Source: an uncultured archaeon (GTDB taxonomy: Archaea > Asgardarchaeota > Lokiarchaeia > Sigyniarchaeales > SOKP01). From it: 10,227 nucleotides of DNA. A program made the translations under genes and the position numbers. Below are positions 1 to 6,398 of the stretch, piece after piece. The notes under the pieces are model-generated. The model saw only the letters and a program-made list of their open reading frames with translations, searched no databases and had not been told where the DNA came from. How positions within the stretch are numbered: position 1 is the first letter of the stretch; the number at the start of each line of letters is the position of its first letter. The stretch is from NCBI GenBank assembly GCA_964388035.1, contig CAYLZE010000117.1, positions 4,894-15,120 on the forward strand, given 5' to 3'.

Positions 1-52
1 TAAAAAGGAAGAAGTAAAAAGGAAGAAGTAAAAAGGAAGAAGTAAAAAGGAA
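1..52. repeat. Perfect 14-bp tandem repeat (TAAAAAGGAAGAAG x3 plus a 10-bp partial copy), probably continuing left of the window
   Basis: Identical units at 1-14, 15-28 and 29-42, partial TAAAAAGGAA at 43-52. No spacers. Unit length is not a multiple of 3. Confidence 0.95.
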
Positions 53-115
53 TTAAAAAAAATTAATGGTTTAAAAATTGGTTTTATATTAACATTCTTG
101 ATGTTTGTTATGAAA

Positions 116-793
116 TTATTTATTATCTAATTCATCTGCCTCAACTGACACATATGAAAGCAGTTTATCGATTGCCTCGGCTTTCTTATTGATATTAGGA
201 ACTGTTTTTAGACTTATTACATTTCCTTTCCCTAAAACGATGGTAAGTGACCCTGCTCTCAAGCTGAAATACTCGAATACATCCGGAATTTCTTTTAAGA
301 TATGAATATTTTGAGCGGGAAATCTTTCAGCAGAGGCAAAAATGCCCTTCTTATGATAGATTTCATTCCGCTCTATTTTCCAGTAGTCAAAATAGTTTCC
401 GATAATAACTATAGCTAAGATTATCGCTAAAATTAAAGTAATTAACAAGTAAAAAGCTGCAGGAAGGGCTAAATCCAACGAAATCCCCGGAGTTGATGGA
501 ATTGTAACATTAGGCAATACAAGAAAAACCACCAGCAAAATGATGACTACTATTGCCAAAAGAAGTACAAAAAACCTAGTTGAGGAAAAATCAAAGGCTA
601 TGACAAATAGATTTGCAAAGAAAACAATGAACCAGATATAACCAAAAATGCTATTCGGAGTTATGAATAGTTCGATGATCCATAGAATTAACGAAGTAAA
701 GATTAGGGGGTAGAAAAAGATAACTTTTGGGTAGCTTCTTAGTATAATCTCTTCGGTATACTTACCAGATTTTTTAGATTTTTTACTCGACAT
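116..793 (-). CDS. Membrane protein with about 4 TM helices and a C-terminal bacterial PH-like (bPH_2/YdbS-like) domain
   Basis: Basic N-terminus, then four hydrophobic segments (VIFFYPLIFTSLILWII, IFGYIWFIVFFANLFVIAF, FFVLLLAIVVIILLVVFLVL, AAFYLLITLILAIILAIVII). The soluble tail YWKIERNEIYHKKGIF...PDVFEYFSLRAGSLTI...ISLKTVPNINKKAEAIDKLL follows the bPH pattern. ATG at 793 is preferred over GTG at 802 because GAGTGA (804-799) sits 5 nt upstream. The gene call is solid and the PH assignment is moderate. Confidence 0.75.
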   Translation of the reverse strand: MSSKKSKKSGKYTEEIILRSYPKVIFFYPLIFTSLILWIIELFITPNSIFGYIWFIVFFANLFVIAFDFSSTRFFVLLLAIVVIILLVVFLVLPNVTIPSTPGISLDLALPAAFYLLITLILAIILAIVIIGNYFDYWKIERNEIYHKKGIFASAERFPAQNIHILKEIPDVFEYFSLRAGSLTIVLGKGNVISLKTVPNINKKAEAIDKLLSYVSVEADELDNK

Positions 794-953
794 ACCTATC
801 ACTCATTAGTTTTATAGTATTTTATTTTTATAGCAAATAACACATTTCTTATAACAATATATATAAAATGAGTTTTTAAAACTTTGGCAAAAAATCACTA
901 AAAAATAAACAGCAGACCCCTATCTTTATTAATGTATTTCATGTTATAATCCG

Positions 954-969
954 TTTAAAACGTTTTAAA
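954..969. promoter_or_regulatory. Perfect 16-bp palindrome TTTAAAACGTTTTAAA in the divergent intergenic region; possible bidirectional BRE/TATA or TF site
   Basis: The sequence equals its reverse complement and reads AAAACG-TTTTAAA on both strands. Function is inferred, and the AT-rich context makes chance occurrence possible. Confidence 0.3.
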
Positions 970-1247
970 GAAACTGAAGATAATTGTTTTTTGTATTCCT
1001 TTAATATTTACTGAATTCTTAAGCGAGAGTAATCTTAACAATGGAAATTTTTAAATGAAAATTAGGGTAAAATTCGATAAAGAAATAGTGTTCAGAGAAT
1101 AAGTAAATATTAGAGATTGAAAACCATGGATTACTCCAAAAATTCATCCAGATTATAGATTCAAGAAATCTGATTCTTTCTCTTGTCAAGACTAACCAAG
1201 AGAGATTAATCCTCGAAAAATTCTTAAGGTTTTTTGACATTAAGTGC

Positions 1248-3980
1248 TTGAGAATGTTTGACCTAGAAGATTTTCAACAATATCCTTCGCTAATCCCAAT
1301 TATAAAAAAGTTAGAAAAAGTCATAAACAAGCAAAATAACTCAAAAATAGTAAAAGAATTAAACAAATTAGAAGAATTAATTAAAGAAAAAGACTTACAG
1401 ATTCCAATCTCATACATTTTAAGTTTGGTTGTTGAAAATTATCCGGATACCCTTTCAGAAGCTCTTCTTCAAAAAGTGGTTCCCTTTTTAGAAAATAAGA
1501 ATGAAAAATTAAGAATTAATACTATATTGATAATTGGGTTTTTCTCGCTTCATGATTCAGAACAAGGCAAGAAATATTTTCCTTTATTATTTAAATTTTT
1601 AAATGACTCTTCAGAAGATGTGAGGATTAACATTCACTATTTTTTGGGAGAATTGGTAAAAAAAGATATTTATAATGAGCTCTTGGATGAAAAAACTATT
1701 ATAAATTCTCTCATGAGCGAATCAAACTTAGAAAACATTAATGCTTTATTTTCTTTATTACAAAAACTCACTTCATTAAATTTTAAAAACCTATTGCTTG
1801 TAAAAAAAAGATTACAAGAATTAAGCCCTCAATTTTTAAAAGACAATCGCTTAGGTAATCAAACGAATTTTATTCCAGTTATAAATAGATTTTTTCCATT
1901 ATTAGGCAAATTAGATTTAAATAAATTAAGTTCTGAAGAATTAAATAAGCAACTTGAAAACTATTTCTTAATGTCAAGAATTGAATTCCATCTAAATGAG
2001 AAGGAGGGAAGAAATTTCCAAGAATTTTATTCGGAATTTAAAAGGACCGTCATTGAAAATGATATCATTTACAATTTTTTCCCATATAAAGAGAGAGGTA
2101 TTACAGTTTTTTTACAATTCGAAAAAAATAAACTTTTAGAATTTTTTGAAGAAAATAATAAGATTTCTCAGCAGGAATTATTAGATACTTTCTCAATAAT
2201 TCAGAACACGAAAGAATTAAAATCGTTCATTATTAGATTAATCAAATTAAGCTTCATTAAGGGGTATTACTCAGATTTAGGATATTTTTACCCACATAAT
2301 TTTATTAAAAAAGAATTGACGGCTACATATTATAATGATGGAATGATAAATTTTAATGATTTCAATTACCTACCTAAAAAGTATGTAATGGAAATTTTTA
2401 AAGAAATTCTTCTTGAAAAGAAAGATAAAGTACTCATGGGCAAAGATCAGGATATACTTTATTCACTCGGAAGAATACAGAAACAAATTAACTCAGAAGC
2501 ACCGAAAGTAAGTTGTATTGATCTTCAAGACTATAGAAATAAATTGACAGATAGCGATTTTATTAATTTGATAAAAAATTTACCACAAGGTTATTTAACA
2601 AAATATCATAAGGGTACTAACTGGTTAACGAATCTAGGAAAATTGAAAATTGAACAAGAAATTAATAATTCTAAATTAATCGGGTTTTTTGATTTCCCCC
2701 GTGCTGCTAATAAATTAGGAATTCAGGCTCTATTATTATTAGATATTTTTGATCTCATTGTGGATAAAAGAAGCGGAATTTATGATAAAAAGGGGGAAAT
2801 ATTCTACTATACAAAATATTTGAATCAGAAAATACAGGAAATTAAATTTATTTCCTTGGAGGAAGAAAGAAAAATCCGAATTAAAACGCTAGCTGATGAT
2901 TTAAATATTAATGAGGGACAACTTACTAATCAAATCGATGAAAATTTGCAGCTTATCGGGCAAGAAATTAAGAATAGGGATCAAATCAAAATCAGCGAAT
3001 ATCTTGAGAAAACGGGGATGGATCGATCTAAATTCTTAGACTTTATCGACGGGTTGGAGATCAAATATCTGATAAAGGGAGATTTATTGATCATAAGTGA
3101 ACGGAAGATTAAAGAGGCCGAGGCCGAAATTAAAGATGATATAATTAAAAAATCTGAGATTTTAAACTCCATTTCTTTTAAAGATTTCGATATCAGCTCA
3201 GAATACGCAAAAGAATTAATCGAATCATTAATCAAGGAGCAAAGATTAAGAGGAATCTTTTCAAAAGGTGAGGATGAAGAAATATATTTCACGGAACGAG
3301 GAATAGAAAAATTGATGATAGAAAATAATTTCCTTTTCTCTTTCCGCGACCTTTTTCCGGGGAAAGAACTTTCAGATGAAGAAATAAATATATTAAAAGA
3401 CACGATGGGTAGACTTCAAGGCAAAAAACTTTTAAAAGGGAACTTTAATGAACAAGAGTTATCTTTTTCAAGTAATGATATTTTATTCGCTAATGATTAT
3501 AACTCTTATCTTTTTCAGTTTCAAAAACTCACGAATAATTATATACAGATATTTAACAGAGAGTTCGAAAAAATTAAAGGAGTATTAATCAAGAAAGATC
3601 AGACCATTTTCCCTCAAGAAATTAAGAAAATTCAAGACATTATTGATGGAATGAATGAAAAAGTAATAAGGTGGAGAAATAATTTGGATTCTTTCATTAA
3701 TAATGCATCAAAAAAATTATTAAAAGCTCAAGGCATGACTCTAAAAAGAATGCGTTCCTTTTCTTCCGTTGAAGAAAAGAAAGAGATTAAGGTCTTTAAA
3801 GAGGATGCCGATGTAAGAGATTTAATGGATGATTTCACGTTATGGGTGAAAATATTTAACAATATAGAACTTAAATATGCGAATGTCATATTTTATCAAA
3901 AAAGATTGATTACTAATCCCGGAGATAAGGATTTAAAAGAGAAGTATAACGCGCTTTTAGACGAATTATACATGGAATAA
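1248..3980 (+). CDS. Large HEAT-repeat plus tandem winged-helix (PCI/UFL1/DDRGK-like) protein with a helical C-terminus; function unknown
   Basis: 910-codon ORF (TTG at 1248, or ATG at 1254). HEAT-type repeats at aa ~70-140 ([51 protein letters not shown]). From aa ~292-742 there are recurring ~55-65 aa units ending in 'Lxxxxx(I/L)xG + beta-hairpin + aromatic' ([76 protein letters not shown]). The gene is near certain and the domain call is about 0.65. Confidence 0.7.
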   Translation: [910 protein letters not shown]

Positions 3981-4009
3981 TAAGACAGTAAGTCTTCTCT
4001 ATATTGGAA

Positions 4010-4303
4010 TTAATCGGGAGGAATTTTTTTATTTTTAATGTCATCTAGATATTTTGGAACATCAATTTTATCCAACCTGTTAATTTTGTAATTCATGGGT
4101 GAGTGGGTTCCATTTTTTTCTAATATGCCTTCAGCTTCAAGATACTTCAGAGCTCTCCAAATGAAATTAATTTTTGAACGATTGCTTGATTTAACATTAT
4201 TACATCTCCTTATTCGTTTTGTATTTACTACAAAAACTGAATTATCGATTAATTTATTAATTACATCAAGAGTCTCTTCTAAATTTTTGAGAAAGAAATC
4301 CAT
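4010..4303 (-). CDS. Small basic hypothetical protein, probable winged-helix DNA-binding fold
   Basis: 97 aa from ATG 4303 (TTG 4309 is an alternative). SKINFIWRALKYLEAEGILEKNGTHSPMNYKI fits a recognition helix, then 'L..L...G.L', then a wing hairpin. Convergent with the 910-aa gene across a 29-bp gap, with an upstream BRE/TATA candidate. Confidence 0.7.
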   Translation of the reverse strand: MDFFLKNLEETLDVINKLIDNSVFVVNTKRIRRCNNVKSSNRSKINFIWRALKYLEAEGILEKNGTHSPMNYKINRLDKIDVPKYLDDIKNKKIPPD

Positions 4304-4413
4304 TGTCAAAACGTACCTTTATAAATTGAATTTAAGGGGGTAACCAATAAAAGTATGGACTAAATGAAATGAAATTTTATTTACTACTTTCTAAATCTTA
4401 TTATTCACATTAA

Positions 4414-4429
4414 TTTATAAACTTTTTTT
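4414..4429 (-). promoter_or_regulatory. Candidate archaeal BRE + TATA box for the small winged-helix gene
   Basis: The minus strand reads AAAAAAAG-TTTATAAA: a purine-rich BRE directly followed by a TTTAWAWA TATA consensus, about 110 nt upstream of ATG 4303. Confidence 0.4.
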
Positions 4430-4599
4430 AGTTGAAAGAAAAAATTTCCCAAAACATGATTTGATAATGTCATTGTACCAATTCAGTGATATTGTAAAAA
4501 TTTTAACAAGAGAATTTAAATTTAAAAAGTAATTTTTAAGATATGAGTTTGTAGGTATTGTCAAAATAAAGTAAATTAAAAGGGTTGTATAATCAATGA

Positions 4600-6204
4600 C
4601 TAATGCCTGAAAACTCTTTTTTTACAAAATACTAAAGCACAATTCAATTCATTTGCCTTCTTGATAATCAGATCATCCCTGATTGATCCTCCAGGATTGA
4701 TAATTGCTTTTGCCCCCGCTTGTACTGCAGCTTCTAATCCATCTGGAAAGGGAAAAAAGGAATCAGTTCCCATTAAAGAATTTTTCAGGGCATCTTCATG
4801 CCCAAATTCTTTCGCTTTCTGAATAGCTAATTTAACCACGTGAACGCGGCTCTGTTGCCCGGCGCCTATTCCGATGGTATAGATCCCTGTATTATAAGTT
4901 TGTACGAAGGCCGCAGAATTTGATTTTGCCCATTTTGATACTTTATAAGCAAAAATTAATGCTTCTTTTTCTTCTTCATTCACATTTCTATTGCTTACAA
5001 CATTCCACTCTTTAATGACCGGCTTACTATCATATTCTTGTAGAAGAACTCCTCCAAGCACGCTTTTCAACTCTAAATCTTTATATATTTCTTCTTTTTT
5101 AGATAGAAAATCACCAAATTCTAGAACTATTAGATTTTTTTTAGTACGAAGAATTTCCAATGCGTTTTTCTCAAAAGAAGGTGCCATGATCACCTCTAAA
5201 AAGATATTTTCTTGGTTAACGATGAAGTCTGCAACTTCTTCTGTAAGCATTTTATTAAATCCCCAAATTCCCCCAAATGCAGATAAAGGATCTGTACTGA
5301 AAGCTTTTTTCATCGCCGTTAATTGACTAGTATTATCAGTTGCAATCCCGTTTGGAGAGGTATGTTTCAAGATAGCACATGTTTGCTGATTGCTATCAAA
5401 ATCTATTAAAATTTGAATACAAGAATCTATATCCAAATAATTATTATAGGAAATCTCTTTTCCATTTAATTTTACAAAATCATACAATCCATATTTTGCG
5501 GATAAATCGCGGTAAATTGCAGCTTGTTGATCCCAATTTTCTCCATATCTTGTATCCGCAATTTTCTGATAGGTTTTGATAATGTAATTTCCAAATTTTT
5601 CTGCGGGATAATAATAAGTTTTAAGATAATTCGCAATTGCTGCGTTATAATCAGTCATGAGGGCAAAAACTTCAATGGCTAAATCGGCTCTTAATTTATC
5701 AGAGACTTTTCCTGCGTTTTGTCTCAATTCTTCTATAATAATCGAATAATGCTTGCTATTGGGAACAACTACCACATTAGGATAATTTTTAGCTGCAGCT
5801 CTAATCATGGTAGGACCCCCGATATCTATCATTTCCAGTGCATCCTCAAGTCTTATATTCGGGCGTGCTATTACTTCCTTAAAGGGATAAAGATTGCATA
5901 CAACCATATCAATGGGGGGTATATTAAAAGTTGCAGCATCCTTGAGATCCTTTTCTAAATTTCTGCGATATAATATCCCACCTTCAATTTTAGGATGTAA
6001 TGTTTTAACTCTTCCATCAAACATTTCAGGAGATCGAGTATATTCCGAGATTTTGATATAAGGAATCCCATTTTTTTCTAATATATTTCCCGTACCACCG
6101 GTAGAAAGTAATTCTATTCTAAATTCCTCCACGAGTGATTTGGCAAGATCTATCACGCCCGTCTTATCATACACGCTAATAATAGCTCTCTCTATTTTTT
6201 TCAT
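4600..6204 (-). CDS. purH: Bifunctional AICAR formyltransferase / IMP cyclohydrolase
   Basis: Hallmark motifs RAIISVYDKTG, LSTGGT, PEMFDGRVKTLHPKIEGGIL, VVCNLYPF, IDIGGPTMIRAAAKN, RYGEN, GKEISYNNYLD, catalytic KH (ILKHTSP), KSN, GAGQQSRV, DSFFPFPDG, PGGSIRD and terminal RVFRH. ATG 6204 is preferred because GAGG (6214-6211) lies upstream. TTG 6210 is the alternative. Confidence 0.97.
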   Translation of the reverse strand: MKKIERAIISVYDKTGVIDLAKSLVEEFRIELLSTGGTGNILEKNGIPYIKISEYTRSPEMFDGRVKTLHPKIEGGILYRRNLEKDLKDAATFNIPPIDMVVCNLYPFKEVIARPNIRLEDALEMIDIGGPTMIRAAAKNYPNVVVVPNSKHYSIIIEELRQNAGKVSDKLRADLAIEVFALMTDYNAAIANYLKTYYYPAEKFGNYIIKTYQKIADTRYGENWDQQAAIYRDLSAKYGLYDFVKLNGKEISYNNYLDIDSCIQILIDFDSNQQTCAILKHTSPNGIATDNTSQLTAMKKAFSTDPLSAFGGIWGFNKMLTEEVADFIVNQENIFLEVIMAPSFEKNALEILRTKKNLIVLEFGDFLSKKEEIYKDLELKSVLGGVLLQEYDSKPVIKEWNVVSNRNVNEEEKEALIFAYKVSKWAKSNSAAFVQTYNTGIYTIGIGAGQQSRVHVVKLAIQKAKEFGHEDALKNSLMGTDSFFPFPDGLEAAVQAGAKAIINPGGSIRDDLIIKKANELNCALVFCKKRVFRH

Positions 6205-6398
6205 GTTCAACCTCTTTGATAAGATAAATTAATAGTAGATTAGCATCCAATTTATACAAGAAATAATAAATTTAGATATAGTAAAAAGATTCTTAATTGC
6301 TATTTAATAACCACGAAGAAGATTTTTAATGATTCTAAAAGCGAATTTAAAATGAAATAGAAATTTTTATTTCTGGCATGGAATTAAGACAACGATTA

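Noticed and set aside
1-52. CRISPR array or coding repeat
   Set aside because: Units are 14 bp and directly abutting with no spacers. The non-triplet period brings a TAA stop into every + frame.
1019-1240. 73-aa minus-strand ORF
   Set aside because: No recognisable motif or RBS. It is largely the antisense mirror of the open + frame upstream of the 910-aa gene, and it leaves only 7 bp for divergent promoters. Not fully excluded.
2981-3403. 140-aa minus-strand ORF
   Set aside because: Lies entirely antisense within the 910-aa gene, with the Ser/Ile/Phe-rich composition typical of shadow ORFs.
1248-4303. Defence system, toxin-antitoxin pair or mobile element in the hypothetical-gene block
   Set aside because: No nuclease, NTPase, transposase or integrase motifs, terminal repeats or att-like sites are visible, and the genes are not co-oriented as an operon.
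4095-4343. 82-aa plus-strand ORF
   Set aside because: Antisense shadow of the winged-helix-like gene, which has the more protein-like sequence and a promoter candidate.
4492-4509. Near-palindrome TTGTAAAAATTTTAACAA
   Set aside because: One mismatch and almost all A/T, so expected by chance in this intergenic composition.
4991-5958. Plus-strand ORFs 4991-5326, 5379-5579 and 5719-5958
   Set aside because: All are antisense within the unambiguous purH gene and show no motifs.
6211-6398. ZTP (pfl) or purine riboswitch upstream of purH; 20-bp near-palindrome at 6354-6373
   Set aside because: The region is extremely AT-rich and lacks the GC-rich conserved aptamer cores. The palindrome is low-complexity and does not match the guaB one.
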